From a virus, in the IMG/VR virus record IMGVR_UViG_3300035701_000003: 64,000 nt of DNA; one strand, written 5' to 3'. Position numbers and translations under genes: made by a program. This document shows, in pieces, positions 27,834 through 37,030 of this stretch. The stretch's first letter is position 1. Each line of letters begins with the position of its first letter. The notes beneath the pieces were generated by a model. The model was not told where the DNA came from, did no database searches, and saw only the letters and a list, made by a program, of their open reading frames with translations.

Positions 27834-28194
27834 ATATACCGATACTAAGAGTAGAGGGTTGAAGATTTTATCTTGGCAAGTACAACTGCTTACTTGGGGC
27901 GATTTTCTAAAAGAGGTAGGCCCCAATCAAATTTGGGAAGCCAAGAATGGTCCGGGACTCGCGGGGCATTATTTACATACTACTATAGAATCTAATACGT
28001 ATCCTCTTTGGATGACCCATATAGATATTACAAGGGCGCTATGGTTACCTCAAGTGGATTACTCTTTATCCGATGACGACCACCATGCTTATAGGTTAAT
28101 ACAACTATATTTTGTATTTATAGGTTATAAAACCTATATTCTTATTACCGCTTGCGTTGTCGAGTCCCGCGGACCTTTTATGAGGGTTAAATAA
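27823..28194 (+). CDS. small protein with LSWQVQ tag
   Basis: LKILSWQVQ at 27859..27885; PNQIWE resembles PHQIWK in the first module of 22040..23533. Confidence 0.7.
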   Translation: METRYTDTKSRGLKILSWQVQLLTWGDFLKEVGPNQIWEAKNGPGLAGHYLHTTIESNTYPLWMTHIDITRALWLPQVDYSLSDDDHHAYRLIQLYFVFIGYKTYILITACVVESRGPFMRVK

Positions 28195-28209
28195 AATTTT
28201 AGAGGGCAA

Positions 28210-30723
28210 TTGTCTAAAATTATAAGTTTCTCAGACTACGCTAACGATCTTATCGATAGTTCCATATCTTCTTACGGAGAAATAGAACCGTTAGATGCCT
28301 TTGCATTTATAACCTCTTCAGATTATTTAAACGAAGATCCTACCCCCTTTCAAAGTTTAGCTATTAAAACTCTTTACAATCTTTGGGGTATATATCCCCC
28401 TATCTTAGAGGAAGAAGAACTAATAAGAATTCTCTACAGAGATTGGAATATAAAAGTAGAATTAGATAGAGAAGACCCTGTTACTCATTTTATAATGGTT
28501 TTAGGTCGAAGGAGTACTAAATGCTTAACGGGAGATTCCGAAATAATAGATGCTAATATGGGGAAGATTTATAAGTTAGGAGATTTATATGAATATAATT
28601 TACATCCCCCGATTTTTACATTAAAGAATGATTTTAAATTTACTAAAACTACTGATTACAGAGTACTTGATAATGGAATTAAACCCTGTTATAAAATATT
28701 AACTAAGACTGGGAGAACCTTAGAGTGTACTGATAACGAACCCTTTTTAACAATTGAGGGATGGAAAGAACTTAAAGATCTAAAAGAAAAAGATAGAATA
28801 GCTGTACCTTCTGTTTTACCTATCTTTGTAACTGATAAAGTTATAACGAAGAACGCAGCTAAAATGGATAATGCTTTTATTACTTCTATCCCGAAAGAAA
28901 TTTGGAATTATGTAGATAAGATAAGAATCGGAAAAGGATTAAAGAAACAGGATATACGAAAAGTGAAAAAGATTAGTGAATACTTAGACGATACCTATCT
29001 TAAGAACTTAGTTAAAGCTGATGTAATTTGGGATCCTATTAAAAGTATCGAGTACGTTGGGAAGAAGCAAACTTACGATTTAAACGTGCCAGATACTCAT
29101 AATTTTATAGCTAATAATATTGTAGTACATAATAGTACTTTAGCATCTTTCTTTGCTACTTATGCTCTTTACACCCTTATATGTAGAGGTAATCCCCAAA
29201 AATATTATGGAATAAGAGAAAGGCATCCTATTTATGTAACTCACGTGGCTGCTAAAGGAAAACAGGCAGAAAGCGTTTTTATACTAACTAAAGATAATCT
29301 GAGAAAAGTTCCTTTCTTTGACCCTTACTTAGATTTTGATAAAGATAGTCTTACAGAACTCCGACTTTTTACTCCTTACGATAAATACCTTAACGATCAG
29401 ATTAAACAGATGAATATATTACTTCCAAGAGGAGAACTTAAAAAGCCGAAGAGGCCCGGTTCGTTATATGCGAAATCTATTACTACATCCGCAGCTACTA
29501 ATAGAGGCGATGCTACTTTTATGTTAATGCTTTCCGAGTTTGCGCACTTCTTAAGGGCTAGGATGGATCCTTCTAAAACAGCAGACCAGGTAGCGGAAGA
29601 AAACCCTCAGAGTGATTATGCTATTTATAAAGCTTTAGTACCCGCTGTTAAAGACTTTGGAGAAGATGGTAAGATTATATTGGAGTCATCCCCTGCAGAA
29701 AAAGGTGGGGAAATGTATAGACATTATGGTATTGCTGGAGGTTCCGAACAAGAAGGTGGGCAGACTATGGAGAGGGAAGTAGGTTATGCTTTATTACAAT
29801 TACCTACTTGGGCCGCGAGACCCAGTATATCAAGAGAATCATTAGCATCTGAATTTAGGAGCGATTCAGTGGGGGCCAACGCTGAATATGGGGCTCATTT
29901 TCTTAATCCTTCTATGGCTTTTATATCTGAGAACGTTATAAATAGTATTCCTCAACCGGAAAGGGGTATAATACTTAGAAATCCAAGTAACTGGAGATTC
30001 GTTATATGTTTAGATCCAGGGGGAAAGGCTAAAGTTAAAGTGGCCGATACTTACGCTTTAGGATGGGGGCACGCTGACGTTAAACCCGACGAAAGAGATA
30101 CCACTTATTGGATAGATGGATTTAAAGGATGGGATGCTATTCCAAAAGATATAGGTTTTGGGAAAATAGAAACAATACCTGTGGACCCCAACGAAGTTTT
30201 GAACTATTTAATAGAGTTAATAAAAGACTTAGGAGGGAGAAACTTTGTATTAGAAATATGTTATGATCAATGGCAAAACCAACAAGCTGTATCTTCTCTT
30301 CAAGCTATAGGATTACCGGCTATCGAGACTACTTTTACTAATCCTTACAAAGGTCAGATGTATGGAGATTTCCTTTCTAAAGCCGAACACGGTCAAGTAA
30401 AAATGTATGGTCAAGATACCGAAGGTTGGGTAGATAGATGGAAACTGGAAATGAAATACTTACAAAGAATAATATCTGGTAAGTATACTTATTTTAAACA
30501 TCCCGATTCTGGCCCCGTAAGGCACGATGACTTCGCCGATGTTGCGAGTAACATTGTTCACAGACTTTCTATTTGGAGTTATCCTACTAAAGAAACTACC
30601 GAAAGAAACATATTAGACAAACAAGGTAGACCAGTACGAAAACGAACTACTGTATATCCAGTAAAAGGGCCTGGTTTATATAGAGGAAGTCCATTGGGCG
30701 GTAGAACTTCAGGAGGGCGTTAA
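28210..30723 (+). CDS. terL: terminase large subunit (intein-containing)
   Basis: TTG start; Walker A GRRSTK|S split by the intein; Walker B-like LMLSEFAHF; motif III ESSP; RNase H-type nuclease motifs ICLDPG, CYDQW and HDDFAD. Confidence 0.9.
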   Translation: MSKIISFSDYANDLIDSSISSYGEIEPLDAFAFITSSDYLNEDPTPFQSLAIKTLYNLWGIYPPILEEEELIRILYRDWNIKVELDREDPVTHFIMVLGRRSTKCLTGDSEIIDANMGKIYKLGDLYEYNLHPPIFTLKNDFKFTKTTDYRVLDNGIKPCYKILTKTGRTLECTDNEPFLTIEGWKELKDLKEKDRIAVPSVLPIFVTDKVITKNAAKMDNAFITSIPKEIWNYVDKIRIGKGLKKQDIRKVKKISEYLDDTYLKNLVKADVIWDPIKSIEYVGKKQTYDLNVPDTHNFIANNIVVHNSTLASFFATYALYTLICRGNPQKYYGIRERHPIYVTHVAAKGKQAESVFILTKDNLRKVPFFDPYLDFDKDSLTELRLFTPYDKYLNDQIKQMNILLPRGELKKPKRPGSLYAKSITTSAATNRGDATFMLMLSEFAHFLRARMDPSKTADQVAEENPQSDYAIYKALVPAVKDFGEDGKIILESSPAEKGGEMYRHYGIAGGSEQEGGQTMEREVGYALLQLPTWAARPSISRESLASEFRSDSVGANAEYGAHFLNPSMAFISENVINSIPQPERGIILRNPSNWRFVICLDPGGKAKVKVADTYALGWGHADVKPDERDTTYWIDGFKGWDAIPKDIGFGKIETIPVDPNEVLNYLIELIKDLGGRNFVLEICYDQWQNQQAVSSLQAIGLPAIETTFTNPYKGQMYGDFLSKAEHGQVKMYGQDTEGWVDRWKLEMKYLQRIISGKYTYFKHPDSGPVRHDDFADVASNIVHRLSIWSYPTKETTERNILDKQGRPVRKRTTVYPVKGPGLYRGSPLGGRTSGGR
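28522..29133 (+). mobile_element. 204-aa mini-intein without a recognisable LAGLIDADG endonuclease
   Basis: Begins CLTGDSEI, block B LECTDNEPFLT..GW, ends TYDLNV..THNFIANNIVVHN followed by Ser. Confidence 0.93.
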
Positions 30724-30724
30724 T

Positions 30725-30744
30725 CGTGTATATTATATATAAAC
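30725..30744 (+). promoter_or_regulatory. CGTGTATATTATA motif, here an imperfect 8-3-8 palindrome
   Basis: Immediately after the terL stop; the 13-mer is identical at 32038 and 44442. Confidence 0.5.
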
Positions 30745-30888
30745 ATTTATGTTTAACTATTTATAAGGTATTAAGTTGAAACTTTTTATTAGTGTTTTTA
30801 TACTTATTGTTCTATGGATATTACTATTATGCATAGTAAACTAATAGAATGATATTGAAGTCATTTACAACTTAGGAGAAAATAAATT

Positions 30889-31302
30889 ATGACAAAAAAA
30901 TTAGAAGATAAGTTATTTGAAAAATACCCTAAAATCTTTCGTCAAAAAGATTTGGATATGAAACAAACCGCAATGTGTTGGGGAATCGAGTGCGGAGATG
31001 GCTGGTATATGTTGCTTGATGTAATGTGCCATTTATTACAATGGGATACCGACCACAATAATTCCAAAAAAGGAAATAACGAAGGTAGAAACCCTCAAAT
31101 TGAGGTAGTCCAAGTAAAAGAAAAGTGGGGTGAACTTAGATTTTATACTACTGGTTATAATGACCATCAAAGTGGAATAATAAGTTTCGCTGAAAGTATG
31201 TCGCACCACATTTGTGAAAATTGCGGATCTACGGACGATGTGCAAGAAACAAAAACAAGTTGGATAAGAAATTTGTGTAAAAAATGTAGAGAGACAAAAT
31301 AA
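30889..31302 (+). CDS. conserved phage hypothetical protein (GW..L...QVKEK.G.LRFY...CxxC family)
   Basis: AGGAG RBS; DGWYMLL, QVKEKWGELRFY and ICENCG motifs. Confidence 0.8.
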   Translation: MTKKLEDKLFEKYPKIFRQKDLDMKQTAMCWGIECGDGWYMLLDVMCHLLQWDTDHNNSKKGNNEGRNPQIEVVQVKEKWGELRFYTTGYNDHQSGIISFAESMSHHICENCGSTDDVQETKTSWIRNLCKKCRETK

Positions 31303-31614
31303 ATGATACCTGAAGATGATATTATAAAAGTTTTGATAAAAGATTACGGATGGAAAGTTGAAGAAGACTTCGGTTTTATGAGTAAAGAACTAATCAGAAA
31401 CGTAGCGAAGATAGTAGAAGATAAGGTTAAGAGTGGTGTTGATAAAGATTTATTAAAGAAATTTTTAATATGGTGCTATAGAGTAGCTAAAATTGATGTA
31501 GTAGACCCCGAAATAAACATTGAGGTTAAAGGCTATAGTAGTAAAGATTCCGTTCCTATTTGGGATTTAGAGAAATTAGTTTCGCAATTTTTGCTGGAAA
31601 ATAAATATGGATAA
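31303..31614 (+). CDS. hypothetical protein
   Basis: 103-aa ORF abutting its neighbours. Confidence 0.7.
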   Translation: MIPEDDIIKVLIKDYGWKVEEDFGFMSKELIRNVAKIVEDKVKSGVDKDLLKKFLIWCYRVAKIDVVDPEINIEVKGYSSKDSVPIWDLEKLVSQFLLENKYG

Positions 31615-31843
31615 GGAAAGGATAAAAGAATTAGCGGGATTAGCCGGATTTAAATACTCGCACGACGGGCCTGATTATGTTTGTTTTAAAAGTGAGAATA
31701 CTAATATAATTCTTGTTTATACTTCTACTGGGGAACTGAGCCTTTTACGAAGGTTATTTAAAGAATGTAGAATTGCTGGTCAAATAAAATTACGACTGGA
31801 ATACGAGAAACTTATGAATCCTTTTAACTATCACCTACTCTAA
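31607..31843 (+). CDS. hypothetical protein
   Basis: 78-aa ORF overlapping the upstream stop. Confidence 0.65.
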   Translation: MDKERIKELAGLAGFKYSHDGPDYVCFKSENTNIILVYTSTGELSLLRRLFKECRIAGQIKLRLEYEKLMNPFNYHLL

Positions 31844-31844
31844 T

Positions 31845-32006
31845 ATGATTGAAAGTATCTTACATTTTATCGGTATATGTCCTGATAGCCTTTCACACCC
31901 TAATCTTCTTAATCTTTTAACACTTGGTATCTTAGTCTCCATTGGAGCGAAACTTAAGTTTTTTTATTATAAATCACGAAAAATTGTTAAAAATCTTGGT
32001 TTTTAG
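31845..32006 (+). CDS. small membrane protein (H..G.CPD..SH motif)
   Basis: Hand translation of 53 aa: MIESILHFIGICPDSLSHPNLLNLLTLGILVSIG... Confidence 0.6.
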   Translation: MIESILHFIGICPDSLSHPNLLNLLTLGILVSIGAKLKFFYYKSRKIVKNLGF

Positions 32007-32037
32007 TCTAAAAACAACTTCCTTATTTGAGCGAATT

Positions 32038-32050
32038 CGTGTATATTATA
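32038..32050 (+). promoter_or_regulatory. CGTGTATATTATA motif
   Basis: Intergenic; exact copy of the 13-mer at 30725 and 44442. Confidence 0.5.
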
Positions 32051-32070
32051 GATAGAAATAATAATAATTT

Positions 32071-32439
32071 ATGCGAAAGGATGCAAAAATGAATCAAGTT
32101 AAATTACCCCCTAGAAGGAATAATGAATTAAAAAAGGATTTAATTATCTGTCCTACTTGCAAAGGCGAAGGTACTAGAGCAGTAGTAGCTAAAATATTGG
32201 ACGAGAAGGGTTGGTATGATGCCCCCCCTGTTGTGATGAGTTGTAGTCTTTGTGAAGGAAAAAAAGTAGTGAGTAAAAAGTGGCTAGAAGCAAGAGAGGA
32301 AGCTTATAAAGATTTTTGGTGTGCCTGTAAAGGAGATGCTCTAAGAGATTCTATATACTATGCCGATGGAGAGCACCTGGGATGTTCAAAACATCATTAC
32401 AGATGCAGAACTTGTGGGAAGGTAACACAGGTAGGTTAA
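32071..32439 (+). CDS. DnaJ-type CxxCxGxG zinc-finger protein
   Basis: CPTCKGEG, CSLCEGK, plus CxC...C..H...CxxC; the start may be the ATG at 32089. Confidence 0.7.
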   Translation: MRKDAKMNQVKLPPRRNNELKKDLIICPTCKGEGTRAVVAKILDEKGWYDAPPVVMSCSLCEGKKVVSKKWLEAREEAYKDFWCACKGDALRDSIYYADGEHLGCSKHHYRCRTCGKVTQVG

Positions 32440-32440
32440 A

Positions 32441-32995
32441 ATGACTATATCAGACCAATTAGAATATTCGTCCGCCATCGTTTTTGGGATTGACTTTGAG
32501 ATAAATGTTATGCCAAAGAATATGTTACACGTAGTATTTGATAACCCTATACCATCCATAGCTGAAATGGAAAAGTATGGTCTTACTTCCAGCGATGCTC
32601 AAAATGAACATGACGTTTTAATACACCGTAAGAATCATAAATACGAATCAAAGCCAAGTAAAAAAGATAGGGAGAAGAAATTTACTTTTAGAACAGAACA
32701 CCCAACTGGACAATGGTGTTCCTTTTTCCCGGATAGCTATCATATCAAATTAAAAAGAAAAGAAGTTGGAAGTATTACTGATGGAGTTCCTTATAAAATT
32801 AGTTTGCAGGTAATTAAAAAGGATATTAACGAAGATGGTAATCCTAATTGTCCTTGGAAATGGATTACTCTAAAGAAGGAATCTCAGACCTTACAAGAAG
32901 CGAAAGATTTTTTGAATAGGTATATTGATAAAATTTTAGCAAAGTATAAATTATATTTAGGCGATGAAATTGAAATTAATAATGGATATAAGTAG
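32441..32995 (+). CDS. hypothetical protein
   Basis: 184-aa ORF, tightly packed. Confidence 0.7.
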   Translation: MTISDQLEYSSAIVFGIDFEINVMPKNMLHVVFDNPIPSIAEMEKYGLTSSDAQNEHDVLIHRKNHKYESKPSKKDREKKFTFRTEHPTGQWCSFFPDSYHIKLKRKEVGSITDGVPYKISLQVIKKDINEDGNPNCPWKWITLKKESQTLQEAKDFLNRYIDKILAKYKLYLGDEIEINNGYK

Positions 32996-33242
32996 AGGTA
33001 ACATATTTTACAATCAAGTAATTCCCGAAGACGAGCTTTGGGAAGATACTTTAAAAAGAAATGGCTTAAAGATAATTCAATTACATAAGCCTTCTCAAAG
33101 CATTTACGGAGAGAAGTTGAACGTGTGTATTATGGAAGTGAAGGAAGTGAAGGAAGGGGAACTAGTTATTGTTGAGAATGGTGATAAAACTATAGATGAA
33201 ATAAAAACTTTGTTAAAGGAGTCAAGTATATCAAAACAATAA
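32964..33242 (+). CDS. hypothetical protein
   Basis: 92-aa ORF; the start may be the ATG at 32982. Confidence 0.6.
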   Translation: MKLKLIMDISRGNIFYNQVIPEDELWEDTLKRNGLKIIQLHKPSQSIYGEKLNVCIMEVKEVKEGELVIVENGDKTIDEIKTLLKESSISKQ

Positions 33243-33278
33243 AAGTATTAACAAATCTTTTTTTTAGGGATACTACAG

Positions 33279-33425
33279 TTGCCGTTGGCAATAATAATCC
33301 ATTTTTTAATAGCGATAGTCGTGGCTATAATTATTACTGGTTATAATATCGAAAATAGAAAGCCGGGCAATTGGATATTAACTTGGGGGGCATATACACA
33401 AGCCAAAGGAAGAGATGCGAATTAA
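33279..33425 (+). CDS. small membrane protein
   Basis: Hand translation from a TTG start: MPLAIIIHFLIAIVVAIIITGY... (48 aa); fills the gap. Confidence 0.4.
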   Translation: MPLAIIIHFLIAIVVAIIITGYNIENRKPGNWILTWGAYTQAKGRDAN

Positions 33426-33849
33426 TTTAGTTCCCCCTTTTGAATTAACAGATCAGCACCTGGTAGCTGAATATTGTGAGATTTTAATGCTTTGCGGTAT
33501 CTTGCAAAGAACTTTACATAGTAAAAAAGGATTTCAAGTAACTAAAGTGCCAAAGGAATTTACTTTAGGTAAGGGGCATGCGTATTTCTTCTATAACAAA
33601 GGAGTATATTTACATAATAGATTTGTAACTCTCAAGACTGAAATGTTGAGAAGAGGAATTAATACGAATAAGAGTTTTCCAATCAATATGTGGCCGAAGG
33701 AATTGTTAAATAACTGGACTCCAACTTTCAAAGATTTAAGTATAATAAGGAAGCGAATTTCTGAAAGGCTTAAAGGAAAACCAGGGTGGTATAAAAAAAA
33801 TAAACTCTTAATAGATAACTTTATAAATAGATTTGAGGATGTTGCTTGA
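33415..33849 (+). CDS. denV: pyrimidine-dimer DNA glycosylase (T4 endonuclease V-like)
   Basis: RINL...EL.DQHL.AEY.E, F.LG.GH..FFY.K..L..R and EM..RG align with T4 DenV. Confidence 0.9.
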   Translation: MRINLVPPFELTDQHLVAEYCEILMLCGILQRTLHSKKGFQVTKVPKEFTLGKGHAYFFYNKGVYLHNRFVTLKTEMLRRGINTNKSFPINMWPKELLNNWTPTFKDLSIIRKRISERLKGKPGWYKKNKLLIDNFINRFEDVA

Positions 33850-34184
33850 GCGAATCTGGTTCTCTAACACACGAGGAGATAAAGCGGAAGACCTGGCCCG
33901 ATGAGAATACTGAAATAGGATTTGGTAGAAGTTCTAAACAGTTATCAAGTATGTTACTACCCTTTATACTTGCAAGTGGGATGACCAGCGCCGGCCTTGC
34001 GGGACTTAAAGGTACTTCTAAATTTGACTACCCCCTCAAGAAAACGAGAAAATGCCTGCTACCAGAATGTAATGTTACTTATTCTGGTGGGGATAATGTT
34101 TGTTGTTGTTCTAAAGAACACTTCCTTTTACTCCGCCAAAGACAAAAGGCGGCTCGTAAAGAAGAACAAAAGAAAAAAGGTTAA
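33846..34184 (+). CDS. hypothetical Cys-containing protein
   Basis: TTG start overlapping the upstream stop; C..PEC...CCC..H. Confidence 0.6.
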   Translation: MSESGSLTHEEIKRKTWPDENTEIGFGRSSKQLSSMLLPFILASGMTSAGLAGLKGTSKFDYPLKKTRKCLLPECNVTYSGGDNVCCCSKEHFLLLRQRQKAARKEEQKKKG

Positions 34185-34534
34185 TGATGTCTAAGATAGA
34201 CGAGCATACTTTAGAGAATGTTAAAATTATTAATAATAATTTTCACGAATTTTGTAAACAGAATAATATAGTCTGCGCTTTCACTTTATTTAATATGACG
34301 GATAGTGGTTATATGGCTACTCTGGAAATGGTACCTGTTTTGAAGAATCCAGAAATACTTGATGATATGGTACCTCTTGAACGTCTTTTTTATAACGAAC
34401 TTTTAGAGGTATGGGGACTAATGGAAACTTCTTTTAAGACAGGGGTTTACAATTTACAACGCCTTCTGGAAGAGCGCTATAGCGATGTTAAATTAGATGT
34501 TTATTCTAGTGATAATGAGGAGATAACTACGTGA
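34184..34534 (+). CDS. hypothetical protein
   Basis: 116-aa ORF. Confidence 0.7.
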   Translation: MMSKIDEHTLENVKIINNNFHEFCKQNNIVCAFTLFNMTDSGYMATLEMVPVLKNPEILDDMVPLERLFYNELLEVWGLMETSFKTGVYNLQRLLEERYSDVKLDVYSSDNEEITT

Positions 34535-34812
34535 AACTTTATAATTGCCCCAATCGTAAGTGGGTTATAGTTAAAGGGTCTGGTAGTATTGATACTGCTA
34601 ATATAAAGATACTACCAGCGACTCTTCCAGTAGAAAAAGAAGAGGAGATATTTTTTGATCATGTTGATGGTATGTATTCTTTTTGTTTGAATAAAGAAGG
34701 ACAAATATGTTATATAGCTGCTTGGACGGAAGTAGAAGTATGTAAAGAACAAAGGAAACTGCCAAAAGAAAAAGAGATAGTAGAAATCCAAAATAAGGAT
34801 CGACGTGTTTAA
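34531..34812 (+). CDS. conserved phage hypothetical protein
   Basis: GTG start; MKLY..., F.H.DGMYS.C and AAWTEV motifs. Confidence 0.7.
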   Translation: MKLYNCPNRKWVIVKGSGSIDTANIKILPATLPVEKEEEIFFDHVDGMYSFCLNKEGQICYIAAWTEVEVCKEQRKLPKEKEIVEIQNKDRRV

Positions 34813-34817
34813 TATTA

Positions 34818-36293
34818 ATGAAACAAATAAAATGCAGGAATACTAAGATGCGAAAAAATCAAATTTTTGAAGTAGACATCGAAGGTTTAAGACAACTTCA
34901 AGAAGGCAAACCTAAGTGGATTATCATCCGCGAACTCCTCCAAAACGCAATAGATGAAGATATTAACGAATGTATTATTTCTATGGAATACAAGAGGGGT
35001 AAATTACTTCTTACTGTAGAAGATGATTCCCCAACCGGCTTTCAAGACCTTACTGATATTTATACTCTTTTCAAAGATACCTATAAACGCTCTGACGTTA
35101 CTAAAAGGGGTAGATTTAACTTTGGAGAAAAACAAGTATTATGCCTCGCTGACTTTGCAGAGATAATTACCACGACCGGCGGTTACCATTTCGATATGAT
35201 TAAAGGTATAAAAACTCCTTTACGAACACGAAGGCAAAAAGGCAGTTCCGTTTATATAGAGGCGAGAATGTCTAAGAACGAATACTTTTCATGTAAAGAA
35301 TATTGTAATCAAATATTAATACCTCCCGGTATAAGCTTTTACCTTAATGAAACTAATGAGCCTATGTTACAATTTTCTTATCAGGCTCCAGATATGTCAT
35401 TCCCCGCTAACCTTCCTACAGAAATAAAGATGGAAGGCAAGATGAAAAAGGTTACACAGGCTACCCTTATAAATCTTCATAAAAAGGAAGGAGTTGCTTA
35501 TATTTATGAAATGGGGATTCCTATTTGTGAAATTGATTGTGCCTATTCTATTGACGTTCAGCAGAAGGTACCACTATCTTCCGATAGAGATACCGTCGAC
35601 TCTAAATACTTAAAACTTCTTTACGGAGAAGTTCTTAACTATACTATAAAAGAAATTAAGTCTGAACAAAGTTCCAACCTTTGGGTAAGAGAAGGGTTCG
35701 TATCTTCCAGAACTAGTAAAGAAGTTAGAAAAGAAGTACTAGAAAAACGCTTCGGAGAAAAATCCTTAATAGCTAACCCTATGGATAAGCGAAGCATGGA
35801 TGAGGCTATTACTAATAACTATAATGTAGTATATGGTTCCGAGATGAGTAAGGAGGAGTGGGGTATTATAAGAGAAGAAGAATTAATGGAGAGTACTTCT
35901 TCTAAATTCAAAATGCGTTTGGTAGACAGCAAGTGTATAGAAGGCACTGAGGTTCAGAAAAAAGTAGGAGAGTTTTGCGTAAAAATAGCTTACGAGTTTC
36001 TTAGTACTTTACCACTTAAAGTATCCTTTTATGATGCACCCGAAGCTACAGTGATGGCCGACTTTGATAGAGACGCTTATCACTTAAGATTTAATGTAGC
36101 TAAAATACCAACGACTTACTGGCATATAGGTAGTGGTAAAATTGATAATTGGAAATTACTTGATTTGATTATTCATGAGTTGGGGCACTATCGTGGAATG
36201 CATTACGAACAATCCTATCATGAATGTATTACGATGTTAGGTAGTAGGTTGGCCGTGAAAGCTTTGCGAGACCCAGCGTGGTTTAATATTTAA
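34818..36293 (+). CDS. GHKL-type ATPase with C-terminal HExxH motif
   Basis: N-box RELLQNAID, G1 VEDDSPTGF, G2 RGRFNFGEK; C-terminal IIHELGH. The start may be the ATG at 34848. Confidence 0.8.
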   Translation: MKQIKCRNTKMRKNQIFEVDIEGLRQLQEGKPKWIIIRELLQNAIDEDINECIISMEYKRGKLLLTVEDDSPTGFQDLTDIYTLFKDTYKRSDVTKRGRFNFGEKQVLCLADFAEIITTTGGYHFDMIKGIKTPLRTRRQKGSSVYIEARMSKNEYFSCKEYCNQILIPPGISFYLNETNEPMLQFSYQAPDMSFPANLPTEIKMEGKMKKVTQATLINLHKKEGVAYIYEMGIPICEIDCAYSIDVQQKVPLSSDRDTVDSKYLKLLYGEVLNYTIKEIKSEQSSNLWVREGFVSSRTSKEVRKEVLEKRFGEKSLIANPMDKRSMDEAITNNYNVVYGSEMSKEEWGIIREEELMESTSSKFKMRLVDSKCIEGTEVQKKVGEFCVKIAYEFLSTLPLKVSFYDAPEATVMADFDRDAYHLRFNVAKIPTTYWHIGSGKIDNWKLLDLIIHELGHYRGMHYEQSYHECITMLGSRLAVKALRDPAWFNI

Positions 36294-36303
36294 GGAGTAT
36301 GAA

Positions 36304-36480
36304 ATGAAAAAAGAAGTTAACGAAACTAAGGTAAAGTTTATTCTTCGCATACTAGCTGAGAACAACCTTCTTACCAGACAACTAATATATGCTATAAGCG
36401 CTATATATGATATTGACTCTATGGTAATAGTGAAAAGGGAAGAATACTCTTACAGTTATGAAACATCTAATAAAGGATGA
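36304..36480 (+). CDS. hypothetical 58-aa protein
   Basis: AAGGAG upstream; hand translation MKKEVNETKVKFILRILAENN... Confidence 0.6.
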   Translation: MKKEVNETKVKFILRILAENNLLTRQLIYAISAIYDIDSMVIVKREEYSYSYETSNKG

Positions 36481-36710
36481 ACAATTTATATAAACAGTGT
36501 TTAATAAAGTATGAAAGTGGAGCTCTTTCTACTGTATGGATACCTTTAAAGTTCGCTGAAAAGGGAAAGGATATTATAGTAGGTAAGTATAATATAGATG
36601 GAGTAAGCGTTAAAGTAGTCAGGGTATACAACGGGGTTAGTTTAGAGGAAGAACAAATAAACTTAAATAAAAAATCTAAATTTGATAGTATAAAGGAGAT
36701 GCAAAAATGA
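36477..36710 (+). CDS. hypothetical protein
   Basis: 77-aa ORF, ATGA overlap. Confidence 0.7.
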   Translation: MNNLYKQCLIKYESGALSTVWIPLKFAEKGKDIIVGKYNIDGVSVKVVRVYNGVSLEEEQINLNKKSKFDSIKEMQK

Positions 36711-37030
36711 ACCTAAATGAATGGATCAAAAATAAAGTAAAATCTGAGAACTCTTGTCTTGGATTTTCTATCAGATATAATGCTCATTATATTAACCTTT
36801 ATCTTGAACCCCCTAAGAACTTTTACGCATTCAAAAAGTATTTTGATTCTAAGTTATCTACTAAAGAAGTAAACCTTGGAATAACTATAAAAGTCGAGCA
36901 GAAGGAGTTTCATAAGTTTATATTAGGAGGCGTGAAGTTGATAACTAAAGATGCGTTTGGTACTTTTAAAAGATCAAGAATGCAGTTAACCTTATGGACA
37001 TCTCCAAATTTCGTTTCTATTAGGCCTTAA
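36707..37030 (+). CDS. hypothetical protein
   Basis: 107-aa ORF, ATGA overlap. Confidence 0.65.
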   Translation: MNLNEWIKNKVKSENSCLGFSIRYNAHYINLYLEPPKNFYAFKKYFDSKLSTKEVNLGITIKVEQKEFHKFILGGVKLITKDAFGTFKRSRMQLTLWTSPNFVSIRP

